Shown: one piece after another, positions 50,512 to 59,102 of the stretch
Layout: every line of letters starts with the position of its first letter
Numbering within the stretch: the first letter of the stretch is position 1
From: Bacteroidota bacterium
GTDB taxonomy: Bacteria > Bacteroidota > Rhodothermia > Rhodothermales > Rubricoccaceae
Direction: 5' to 3'
NCBI GenBank assembly: GCA_012960515.1
Contig: DUBD01000191.1
Location: 164 to 64,163 of the forward strand
Length of the DNA: 64,000 bases
Made by a program: the position numbers and the translations under genes
Notes under the pieces: generated by a model
What the model saw: only the letters and a program-made list of their open reading frames with translations
Database searches by the model: none
What the model was told of the DNA's origin: nothing

Positions 50512-52397
50512 GGCTGGGCGGTGATGGAGGGAACGGCCCCGGCCCGACCATCCCCGCTGACATCCCGCGCCGCCAGTCGGACGGTGCGGTCCGCGAGCGC
50601 GGCGTGTTCGGGCTGGTGGGAGACGAGAACGACGGCAGGCGGCTCGGGGCGGTCGCGGAGCTCGTCCAGCAGCCGTGACATGACGGTGTGAGCGGTCGCA
50701 TTGTCGAGGTTGGCGGTGGCCTCATCAAGGAGCACGAGCCGGATGGGCGTCGCGGCCACGCGGACACGGAGGAGCGTCCGCGCGAGGGCCAGCCTCTGGC
50801 GTTCGCCGGCCGAGAGCGACGCGGCGCCTTCGGCGAGGGCGACGTCGAGCGGGTTGTCCGTGGCCGACTGGCGGGCGAGCTCTCGAACGCGGTCGCCCAG
50901 CGCGCAGGCGTCGAGGACGGCGCGCAGCTCGTCGTCCTGAATCGCTCGACCCGCTACGTCCTCGGCGGCGACGACGAGGTTGTCGCGGACAGACGACGAG
51001 AGCAGGCCGGGCTCTTGCCAGCAGATGGCCACGCGGTCGCGCCACGCCGGGGCATTCTGGATGCGGACCCACGACGGGCCTCTGGGGCCGGAGGCCTCCG
51101 CCTCGATGGTGCCACTGTCGGGGCGTTCGACCTGGCCGAGCAGGCGGAGCGCGGTCGTCTTGCCGCATCCGGAGGGGCCGACGAGCGCGACGGCTTCGCC
51201 CGGCGCGAGGTCGAGGCGGGCCAGGTCGAGGCCAGGGGCGTCGGGCGCGTAGCGGAAGCGGACGTCGCGCACGCGAATCCGGCCGGTGTAGCGTAGGCTC
51301 GCTTCGCTCGCGAGGGATGGGGGATTCGCTCGCTTCCGCTCGCTGGGGATGGGGGATGGGGAAATGCCAGGAAGGCGTCGCTCAGCTCGGCGGATGGTGG
51401 CGCCTGGGTCCGCCTCGGGCGGCTCGTCGGCCAGGTCGAACACGCGGCCGAGGGAGACGGCGGCCTTCTGGAGCTTACCGCCGGCGTCGATGAGGGCTGC
51501 GAGAGGGGAGAGGAGGAGCGCGGCGTACGCCTGGAAGGCGACGTAGCCGCCGAGCGTGAGGTCGCCCGCGAGCACGAGCCACCAGCCGAGGTAGGTGAGC
51601 GCGGCGAGGTGGAGTGCTCGGACGACGGCGTTGGCGCCGTTGCACACGTACCAGAGCCCGGTCGCCTGGACGGTCCCGGCGTGCGCCTCCGCCACGTGCG
51701 TCTGGGCGCGGCGGTAGAGCGCGGCCTCGCAGCCCATGCTCTTGAAGGTGCGGGCCTCGCGGACGGCCTCGATGCGGAAGGCGGCCCACTGGTCGTAGGC
51801 GTCGTAAGTGGTCGCCCACCGACGGTTGGCGAGCGTGCCGAGCCCGGCCGTGAGGGCGGCGGTGATGGGCACAGCGACGAGGGCAACGAGCGCCAGACGC
51901 GGCTCGATGAGGAACAGGATCGGGGGGACGGCGAGGAGGTAGGCGCTCTGGCTCATGGCCGTGAGCGCGGCGTCGGCGCTAGTGTCGAGGACCTCCTGCA
52001 CGTCGCCGAAGCGGCCCGCGATCTCGCCGCTGCGCCTCGCCTCAAGCACGCGGGAGGGGAGGTGGAGCACGTGGTTGAAGAGCGCCAGCCGGGCCACGTC
52101 GCGCATCCGGGTCCGCGCGGCGAAGGCCGTGAAGCGGAACAGGTTGCGGATGATGCCCTCGCCTGCCTTCGCAGCCACGATGCCGAGGACGACCACGCCG
52201 AGCAGCGACACGTTGCCCGCCGGGTAGACGCGGTCGAAGAGGGCAGCCGTGAGGAGCGGCGCGATCAGGCCGAGTCCGCCGGAGACGATGGAGAGCGTTC
52301 CCGCACGTGTGATGGCGGGCCACTCCGACCGGAACAGCCGCGCGAGACGGCCGAGGTCGGTGAGCGACTGGCGAAGCCCTGGGGTCTCGGTCGCCAC
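50490..52397 (-). CDS. ABC exporter (TMD plus NBD, no C39 peptidase domain)
   Basis: LFDRVYP, RRSGEIAGRF, GPSGCGKTT, LSAGERQRL, LLDEATANLD. Confidence 0.9.
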   Translation of the reverse strand: MATETPGLRQSLTDLGRLARLFRSEWPAITRAGTLSIVSGGLGLIAPLLTAALFDRVYPAGNVSLLGVVVLGIVAAKAGEGIIRNLFRFTAFAARTRMRDVARLALFNHVLHLPSRVLEARRSGEIAGRFGDVQEVLDTSADAALTAMSQSAYLLAVPPILFLIEPRLALVALVAVPITAALTAGLGTLANRRWATTYDAYDQWAAFRIEAVREARTFKSMGCEAALYRRAQTHVAEAHAGTVQATGLWYVCNGANAVVRALHLAALTYLGWWLVLAGDLTLGGYVAFQAYAALLLSPLAALIDAGGKLQKAAVSLGRVFDLADEPPEADPGATIRRAERRLPGISPSPIPSERKRANPPSLASEASLRYTGRIRVRDVRFRYAPDAPGLDLARLDLAPGEAVALVGPSGCGKTTALRLLGQVERPDSGTIEAEASGPRGPSWVRIQNAPAWRDRVAICWQEPGLLSSSVRDNLVVAAEDVAGRAIQDDELRAVLDACALGDRVRELARQSATDNPLDVALAEGAASLSAGERQRLALARTLLRVRVAATPIRLVLLDEATANLDNATAHTVMSRLLDELRDRPEPPAVVLVSHQPEHAALADRTVRLAARDVSGDGRAGAVPSITAQPCTEMAA

Positions 52398-52398
52398 C

Positions 52399-53793
52399 TC
52401 AGCGGGCGACGGAGAACGTTCGAGACGCGGTCGCGGAGCCGTCCACAGCGACCGCCCGGAGCACGTAGACGCCGGGCGCGAGCCGGGTCGTGTCGACCTC
52501 GATGGGCACGCGGCCGACGGCGATCTGGTCGAAGGCCACGAGCGCCTCTCGGCCGAGCGCGTCGTAGACGACGGCGAGCACGTGGGCGAGGCGGTCGAGC
52601 GTGAGCGTGGCGATCGCGACGCCAGAGGCCGGGTTGGGAGTCGGCGCGGCGAGCGCGAACGGCTGTGCGGCCGGGTCGTCCTCGTCCGCGGTCGCTAGCT
52701 CGATGGTGAGGCCGATGTCGCCTAGCGAGATCTCGACGCCGTCGCCGTCGAGGGCCGCCAGCCCGACGCGGTAGGCGCCGATCGCCAGGGCCGCAATGTC
52801 CAGACCGTAGGCCGACGGCTCGCCAGTGGCCGCGGTCGTGCCCCATGTCGTCCAGGGCGATCCGAACACGTCGGGGCGGCCGTCGATGCGGAACGAGGCG
52901 ACGCCCGCCTCAGCGGACGTGCTCCACTCGATGCGGCCACCGGCGGGGGTCTGCTCGGCGGTGAACGACGCGAGGGCGACCTGCACCGGCGGCGGGCCGA
53001 ACGCGCGCGCGGCCAGCGTGGCGTCCAATACGAACGGGTTGGCCGTGCCCTGGTGGCCCTCGATGATGAGCGTTCGGTCGGTCTCCGCGTCGTCGGCGGG
53101 GTCCTGCTCGTGCCAGTCGAGGAGGACCTCGCGCTGCGCTGCCCAGAAGTCGGCGTCGAGCTGGTCGGCGCCGTTCGGGCCGTAGACCGTCCAGACGTAG
53201 AACATGGCGCGGGCCACGTCGCCGGCGACGGACTCGCGAGGCTCCAGCAGGGCGGTCGTCCCGTTTCGCTTCTCGGTGTAGAGGTCACGCACCGAGGCGG
53301 TCGGCATCGACGTGTGGGTCTGGCCGTCGGGGCCCCACCAGCGGTCGGCCTCGGCGTCCACGACCTCCCCAAACGGGTGGTCTGAGCGGGAGCTGTTCAC
53401 CGACTGCATCACCGGGGCGAGGTGGTGCAGGTCCCGGTAGGCGTCGGTCCCGTCCGTCGCGCCCCGGTTCTCGGGCCACAGGTGCTCGGTCGAGTAACGC
53501 GGGCTGGCGTTCCACGCCGTGGTCGTCGGATCGAGCGAGGGGTCGAGCCAGACGGCATGGCCCGAGTAGAAGCCGCGCAAGCTGTCGGTGGACGTTCCAT
53601 CGTCCAGCCGCTCGAGGTGGACGGCGGCGAAGAGGGTGTCGCGGGCGCGGTCGTAGGGGTACGTGCTCGTCGGCGCGTAGGTCGAGGCCAGCGCGCTCAC
53701 CAGCTCGTCGCCGGTGAGGTCGGGGTAGATGGCGGGCTGCGCCGCCGCCAGAGGGGCGAGCAGGAGGAGAGCGACGTGTCGGAGGGAGCGCAT
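52399..53793 (-). CDS. Endonuclease I family protein with T9SS C-terminal sorting domain
   Basis: Signal peptide; STEHLWP, DLHHL, NSSRSDHPF, GDVARAMFY, QGTANPFV; C-terminal PNP...YDALGR...LAPGVYVLR. Confidence 0.85.
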   Translation of the reverse strand: MRSLRHVALLLLAPLAAAQPAIYPDLTGDELVSALASTYAPTSTYPYDRARDTLFAAVHLERLDDGTSTDSLRGFYSGHAVWLDPSLDPTTTAWNASPRYSTEHLWPENRGATDGTDAYRDLHHLAPVMQSVNSSRSDHPFGEVVDAEADRWWGPDGQTHTSMPTASVRDLYTEKRNGTTALLEPRESVAGDVARAMFYVWTVYGPNGADQLDADFWAAQREVLLDWHEQDPADDAETDRTLIIEGHQGTANPFVLDATLAARAFGPPPVQVALASFTAEQTPAGGRIEWSTSAEAGVASFRIDGRPDVFGSPWTTWGTTAATGEPSAYGLDIAALAIGAYRVGLAALDGDGVEISLGDIGLTIELATADEDDPAAQPFALAAPTPNPASGVAIATLTLDRLAHVLAVVYDALGREALVAFDQIAVGRVPIEVDTTRLAPGVYVLRAVAVDGSATASRTFSVAR

Positions 53794-53804
53794 CGGAGGT
53801 GGGG

Positions 53805-56348
53805 TCAGCGGACGATGGTGAGGCGATGCGTTACCGTCTGGGCGCCTGTGGCGACGCGGACGGCGTAGACGCCAGAGGCGAGAGCCGACACGTCGAGCCG
53901 CAGGTCTCGGGAGACGTCGTCGTGCCGGGCGACGACGCGACCGAGCGCATCGAAAACGGTGGCCTCGATCCGGGCGCCAGTGGGTGCGGCGATCCGGAGG
54001 CGCGTCGAGGTGTGCGCCGGGTTGGGGCGGGGTGCTGAGACGATCAGCGCGTCGACTGCGTCCGCCTCGGCCCCGAGGCGGGAGGGCTCGCCGTCGTCGC
54101 GGTCCTCGTCGTGGCCGGGGTCGACGGCCGGGGCGAGGAGCCCGAGCGGGACGGCGTCGCCAGAGGCCCATCCGCTGACGGCATTCGCGATCTGGGCCGA
54201 GGGGGCCTGGTAGTCGTTCAGACGCCCACGTGTCTCGGGGAGTGGCCCGGTCCAGGCGAAGTCGGCGTAGGCGTCGCCCGCGCCGGTGAGCTGGAGGGAG
54301 TGCCCGGCGGGGAGCGCGCTCCACTCCTGGACGCGGCGGTGCGTGCCGTCCGCCCCGCGCGGCCCTCGGATGACGGTGCTCCACGCGAGCGAGTCGGGGT
54401 GGGAGGGGGCACCTCCGCCAGAGGCCTCCGCCTCGGCGGCGTCGAAGACGGGCCCCTCGATGGCGTTGAACCGACAGCCGCCGGTGCTGAGGAACTGCAG
54501 GAGGACGCCGTCGGGGTCGGTGAGAGCGAGGCCCTGGCAACCACCGCGGAGGCGCTCGGCGCCCTGCCAGACGGCGCCGATGCCGCCGCCTTCGTCGTCG
54601 ATCGTGCCGCGGAAGGCGATGGCGGGAGAGCCGTCGGTGCCGTCGCCGTCGACCTGGTAGAGGAATCCGTAGCCCGAGTAGGTCCAGACGCGGTAGCCGT
54701 AGAGGTCCGTCCCGGCGCGTCCCGCGATCTCGACGCCTTCGCCCGTGTCGGGTCCGTCGTTCGAGTGGTGTATCTCGTTGATCCAGAGGTCGCGTGGGCG
54801 GGGCGCGTTGGGGCCCCGGTAGAACGTCCGTGCGAGGAGCGTCGGGTCGAGCACGAACGGGTTGCGGTTGCCCTGGGCGCGGTAGATGCGCTCGTTTCGC
54901 TGGACCTCGAAGGCGTCGACGGGGTCGGCCTCGTGCCAGTCACGGAGCACGTCGAGCGTGGCGTCGATAAAGGCGCGGCCCTCGTCGCCGTCCTCGGCCT
55001 CGATGCGATACGTGACGAGGAAGTAGGCGGCCATGCGCGCCACGTCGCCGCGGAGGGCGTGGCGCACGTCGAAGCGGCCGAGCTCGTCCAGGCTCTTGTA
55101 GCCGTCGCCGTTATCGGGCTGGCGGAGGAAGTCGAACTCGACGCGGCTCCAGGTCGCCGGGTCGGTCGGCGGCCCCGATGCGTGGTAGCGCGTCGTGCTG
55201 TTCCGGAGCCACTTCTGGGTGTCGTTCGGCCCGTCGAAGTCGTCTCCGAAGGCCCGGTTGGAGCGCGCGCTGTTGAAGGTGCCGAAGGCCGGGGCGAGGT
55301 GGTGGAGGTCGTTGTGCGAGGCGCCGTCGGTGGACGGACCGGTCTGCGCGCCCCGGCTCCGGGGCCACACGTGCTCCGTGTTGAAGTCCTGGTCCTGCAT
55401 CTGCGTCCGGGGCGTGAGCGGGCGCTCCCGCTCCCAAGACCGAACGAGCCCGCCGTAGAGTCCGCTCAGGTCGTGGAGCGTGCCGCTGCCGACCTGACGG
55501 ACGGCCTCGACCCAGACGGTCTCGAAGAGGTGGTCGCGGGCCTCGTCGTAGTGGAACGTCTGGGCCGGGGCGTACGCGGCGCGGATGCAGCTCTCGGCGT
55601 TCCAACCCCGGAGGCCTGGGCATATAGCGCCGACGGGCGTGTTCGGTACGAGGACGGCGAGGTCCTCGACGACGGCGTGGTAGCCGTCGGGGTTGGGGTG
55701 CATCGGGGCCTCGGCCGCGAGGGCAAGGGCGCCGACCCCGACGAAGCCGGGGACGGTCGTGGCGGGCAGGGCGACGTGGTCGACGTGGACCGTCCAAGCG
55801 TGGCCGCTGGCGGTCGGGACGCTCCGGATCTCGACCGGGACGTTCCGACTGTGACCGGCGGTTGGCAGCGAGGGGAGCGAGACCTGGGTGCTGATGGTGC
55901 CGTCGGTGACGGCGATCGCGTCGAGGTCGAGCGTCGTCCCTGCCGCGGGCCAGCGGAGCCGGAGCGCGGTGAAGGCCTGGGCGTCGGTGTAGCGGTCGAT
56001 GAGGTAGAGCGTGACGTCGGCCGCGTGGCTGTTGGGCTCCCGGACGACGGCCCGCAGGGTCCGCTCGCCGGTCGGCCCCTGGGCCACGGCGACGGCGTTC
56101 GAGCCCGGCTCGAAGTTGACGCGCGAGCTGGTGATCTTCGGCTTGAGCGCGTCGTCCGTCGTGCCCTCGACGGTCCAGCGGAGCCCGATCTCGGGCGTGT
56201 GCTGGTCGATGGGCGTGTCGCCCGCCTGGCAGCACATCGTGTCGAAGAACGCGAGCGCCTGGTCGCCGCTGCCGTAGGTCTGGGCGGCAGCGGGGACGGC
56301 GGCGAGCGCGACGAGCCCGGCGAGGAGTGAGCGGGGAAGAGGCAGCAT
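53805..56348 (-). CDS. Multidomain endonuclease I family protein with T9SS C-terminal domain
   Basis: Signal peptide; NTEHVWP, DLHHL, NSARSN, GDVAR, QGNRNPFV; WINEIHH (lamin-tail-like); C-terminal PNP...FDALGR...GVYAVR. Confidence 0.85.
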   Translation of the reverse strand: MLPLPRSLLAGLVALAAVPAAAQTYGSGDQALAFFDTMCCQAGDTPIDQHTPEIGLRWTVEGTTDDALKPKITSSRVNFEPGSNAVAVAQGPTGERTLRAVVREPNSHAADVTLYLIDRYTDAQAFTALRLRWPAAGTTLDLDAIAVTDGTISTQVSLPSLPTAGHSRNVPVEIRSVPTASGHAWTVHVDHVALPATTVPGFVGVGALALAAEAPMHPNPDGYHAVVEDLAVLVPNTPVGAICPGLRGWNAESCIRAAYAPAQTFHYDEARDHLFETVWVEAVRQVGSGTLHDLSGLYGGLVRSWERERPLTPRTQMQDQDFNTEHVWPRSRGAQTGPSTDGASHNDLHHLAPAFGTFNSARSNRAFGDDFDGPNDTQKWLRNSTTRYHASGPPTDPATWSRVEFDFLRQPDNGDGYKSLDELGRFDVRHALRGDVARMAAYFLVTYRIEAEDGDEGRAFIDATLDVLRDWHEADPVDAFEVQRNERIYRAQGNRNPFVLDPTLLARTFYRGPNAPRPRDLWINEIHHSNDGPDTGEGVEIAGRAGTDLYGYRVWTYSGYGFLYQVDGDGTDGSPAIAFRGTIDDEGGGIGAVWQGAERLRGGCQGLALTDPDGVLLQFLSTGGCRFNAIEGPVFDAAEAEASGGGAPSHPDSLAWSTVIRGPRGADGTHRRVQEWSALPAGHSLQLTGAGDAYADFAWTGPLPETRGRLNDYQAPSAQIANAVSGWASGDAVPLGLLAPAVDPGHDEDRDDGEPSRLGAEADAVDALIVSAPRPNPAHTSTRLRIAAPTGARIEATVFDALGRVVARHDDVSRDLRLDVSALASGVYAVRVATGAQTVTHRLTIVR

Positions 56349-56359
56349 CGGGGCGAGAA

Positions 56360-56387
56360 GCCTCTGGCGCACGGCGACGCCAGAGGC
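56360..56387. repeat. Inverted pair of the GCCTCTGGCG 10-mer forming a hairpin
   Basis: GCCTCTGGCG-CACGGCGA-CGCCAGAGGC between two co-oriented genes. Confidence 0.8.
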
Positions 56388-56399
56388 CTCGTCGGTGGG

Positions 56400-57230
56400 C
56401 TAGAACTGGCAGGCCGGGTCGTCCGGGTCGTAGCCGCCCGAGTAGCACACGCACTTGCAGCCGTCGTCGGCGGGCAGATTGCAGTCGCCGCAGATGTCGT
56501 CTCCGGCGAGGGCGTTCCAGCCGCTGACGGCCAGCGCCCAGAGCGAGAAGAGCCCGGTGGCGACGTTGGCCTCTTGGACGTCTAGGTGGGCGCTCGTCTC
56601 GGCCGACGCGTCGTGGCCGTCAGTATGGGTGGGTAGCGCGCCGCCGACGACCGAGCCGAGCATGGCGAGGAGCATCAGGGTGGCGGCCATGCGATGCGCC
56701 GTCTCGACCAGGCGCGTCCCGACGCCGCGTCCTCCGCTCCCGCCCGTGTCGCCAGGGTCGTCGGCCATCTCGGCCGCGACCCGGTCCTCGTGGGCGCTCG
56801 CGCGGATGCCGCCGAGGGACGCCGCCAGCGTGGCGCGTAGGGTCGGCTCGGTACCCACGGGCCGGTTGTCGCCGCCTGCCGGGTCGCTCGAAGCGGATGG
56901 CGAGCGGTGGACGACCTTGCGCCGGTCGGGCGGTGCGGCGGCGTGGTCGGGCGCCGGGCCGTCCTCGCTGCCGCCCGTGCCGCCGGCCTGGCTGGACACC
57001 GAGCCGTGGCTCTCGTCCTGGTCGCGGCGACGGCTCGGAGGATCGTGGGGGTTCGGCGGATCGCCTCCGGCGGTGGGCTGGCGGTGGATGATCTTGCGCC
57101 GGTCCCCCGTCTGCGGGTCGGGCGCCGGGGCGCCCTCGTTGTTGATGACGCGCCGCCGGTCGGAGGCGGGGTCGTGCGAGGGGTCGAGGGTGCCGTCGGC
57201 AACGGGGAGAGTGGGAGCGAGAGCGCTCAT
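56400..57230 (-). CDS. Hypothetical protein: repeat-rich N-terminus, two hydrophobic helices, six-Cys C-terminus
   Basis: DRR(K/R)(V/I)(I/V) x3; ends CGDC...CKCVC...CQF. Alternative GTG start at 57452. Confidence 0.7.
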   Translation of the reverse strand: MSALAPTLPVADGTLDPSHDPASDRRRVINNEGAPAPDPQTGDRRKIIHRQPTAGGDPPNPHDPPSRRRDQDESHGSVSSQAGGTGGSEDGPAPDHAAAPPDRRKVVHRSPSASSDPAGGDNRPVGTEPTLRATLAASLGGIRASAHEDRVAAEMADDPGDTGGSGGRGVGTRLVETAHRMAATLMLLAMLGSVVGGALPTHTDGHDASAETSAHLDVQEANVATGLFSLWALAVSGWNALAGDDICGDCNLPADDGCKCVCYSGGYDPDDPACQF

Positions 57231-57448
57231 GGCAGGCGGGCTCGAACGGCCCGTGGCTGGGGCCTTCGTCCTGACGCGGTCTCGGCCGCGCCAGATGTCT
57301 GGCGGTGGTTGAGGGTGTCGGCCTCGCGGCCCGGGTGGGCGACGAGGCTGTTCGGCCGCAGGCGCGGCCAGGGCCCTGCCGCACAGATGCGCGGCGGGAC
57401 CCTCCGGCGGGCAGGCGTGAGGGCACACGCGGCCCGCCGGTGTCGGGC

Positions 57449-57880
57449 TCACCCGGTGACGGTGAGGTCGTGGAGGGTGCGTGGGTCGTCGGGCGTGGGG
57501 CCCTGCTCGTGGCCGCCGTCGCCGCCGGGGTCCTGGTCGGTCCCGACGCCCTGGCTGCCGCCGTCCCCGCTGGCGGTCGCTAGGTCGTGCAGGTCTGGGC
57601 CGATGCTGAGAGCGGCGTGCGTGCCGCCGCCCTGGTTTCCACCGTCGCCCTCGGGATCGTCGTCGGTGCCGACGCCGCTCGTGCCTCCGTCGCCACCGGG
57701 ATCGGCGCCAGAGGCGTCGAACGCGAACGCACGGGGAGCGGGTGGAGGGTCGCCTGGTTCGTGGCCGCCGTCGCCGCCGGGGTGCGTGTCGACGGTGAGG
57801 GAGAGCGCGTTGTCGGGCGCCGGTCCGTCTTCGGAGCCGGTGTCGGGGTCGGTGGCTCGAGAGGCAGGGAGGTCGGGCAT
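57449..57880 (-). CDS. Gly/Asp-rich repeat peptide ((P/S)xGDGG x5)
   Basis: 143 aa with PGGDGGHE, PGGDGGTSGVGT, PEGDGGNQG, SGDGGSQGVGT, PGGDGGHEQ. Confidence 0.65.
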   Translation of the reverse strand: MPDLPASRATDPDTGSEDGPAPDNALSLTVDTHPGGDGGHEPGDPPPAPRAFAFDASGADPGGDGGTSGVGTDDDPEGDGGNQGGGTHAALSIGPDLHDLATASGDGGSQGVGTDQDPGGDGGHEQGPTPDDPRTLHDLTVTG

Positions 57881-57953
57881 GGCCGTGGGGGTGTGGGACG
57901 CGCTGGCGGATGGGACCGGACGGCGCGGCCAGCGCGCACCGTCCCGGGTCGGG

Positions 57954-59102
57954 TCACTTCGACTCCGGCCTCGGGGTGAACATGAAGAGCACCCGGAAGA
58001 CGCGGAAGACGAGGTAGCCGAGGACGGTGACGAGCGTGAGGACGATGTAGAGGTCGGTGTTGCGGACGCCGATCATGAGCACCCGGAGCGCCCCCAGCCC
58101 GATGAGGAAGAAGACGTAGACCAGCCCGAGGTTGAAGAAGGGCGCGTCGTCGCGCGACTGGAGATCGCGGACGTCCTGCTCGGTGACGAGCTTGGACTGC
58201 GCGCCGTCGTGCATCATGGCGCGGAGGATGGCCGGGTTGCCCTCGGCGCGGCGGAGGACTTCGCGGCGGTAGTGGCGGCGGTCGGCGCAGGCGACGGCGT
58301 AGCGCGAGACGAAGTACTCGAAGAGGGCCGCCGTGTGGGCGTCGCCGAGCGGCTCGACGTGGATCTGGCCGAACGTGGCGATAAACGTGCGGAGCGAACG
58401 GCTCTGGGGCAGCGACCGGATGGCGCCGATGACGGTGGCGCGCTGCTGGATCTCGCGGAGGAAGAGGCCCTGAGACGGCGACGCTCGGTCGAGCGCGTCG
58501 AGCACGACGAGCAGGCGCGGGGCACGGCCCCCGCCGGCGAGGTCGTGGAGCGACTCGACGACGGCGGTCTGGCGCTCGTCGACGGTGCGGAGCAGCTTTT
58601 TGACCTCGGCCCAGTCGTACTCGTCGCAGGCGCCCGCGCGCATCTGCGGCGGGATGCCAGGAAGGGCGAGGATGCCGAGCCCGTGGAACGCCTTCGCGAG
58701 CGCGTCCACGAGGCGACCGTTGGGCCCGGCCTCGGCGACGTAGACGAGGGTGTAGGCCTCGCCGGGCGTCTGCGGCATCTGGACGTACTTCCGCCGGGCG
58801 CGCGTCTGGGCGGCGCCGTCGAGAAGCACGCGTCGGCCCGCAACGACGGCGGCGAGGTCTTCCAGGAGGCGCGTCTTGCCGACGCCCTCGTCGCCCAGGA
58901 GGAGCGTGTGGCGACCGAGGACGGCGCGGTCGACGAGTTCGGCCAGGACGTGGCCGTTGCCGAGGCGGATGGGGTCCGTGAGGACGGTGCAGTCGGGCGC
59001 TCCGGGAACGCCGACTGGACGGAGCGCCCCGACCGACTGGCCGGGCGCCGCGAGGGCGTCGGGCCGGGAGATCGCCGAGAGCCGGGGAGCGGTCGAGAGC
59101 AT
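57954..59102 (-). CDS. P-loop (AAA-like) ATPase with two C-terminal TM helices
   Basis: LLGDEGVGKT, VVLDALD, GNP; C-terminal hydrophobic hairpin. Confidence 0.8.
   Translation of the reverse strand: MLSTAPRLSAISRPDALAAPGQSVGALRPVGVPGAPDCTVLTDPIRLGNGHVLAELVDRAVLGRHTLLLGDEGVGKTRLLEDLAAVVAGRRVLLDGAAQTRARRKYVQMPQTPGEAYTLVYVAEAGPNGRLVDALAKAFHGLGILALPGIPPQMRAGACDEYDWAEVKKLLRTVDERQTAVVESLHDLAGGGRAPRLLVVLDALDRASPSQGLFLREIQQRATVIGAIRSLPQSRSLRTFIATFGQIHVEPLGDAHTAALFEYFVSRYAVACADRRHYRREVLRRAEGNPAILRAMMHDGAQSKLVTEQDVRDLQSRDDAPFFNLGLVYVFFLIGLGALRVLMIGVRNTDLYIVLTLVTVLGYLVFRVFRVLFMFTPRPESK

Noticed and set aside
56400-56500. Cys-rich tip as a ranthipeptide/lanthipeptide core
   Set aside because: No radical SAM, LanM/LanBC or YcaO enzyme in the window; kept only as a generic precursor hypothesis.
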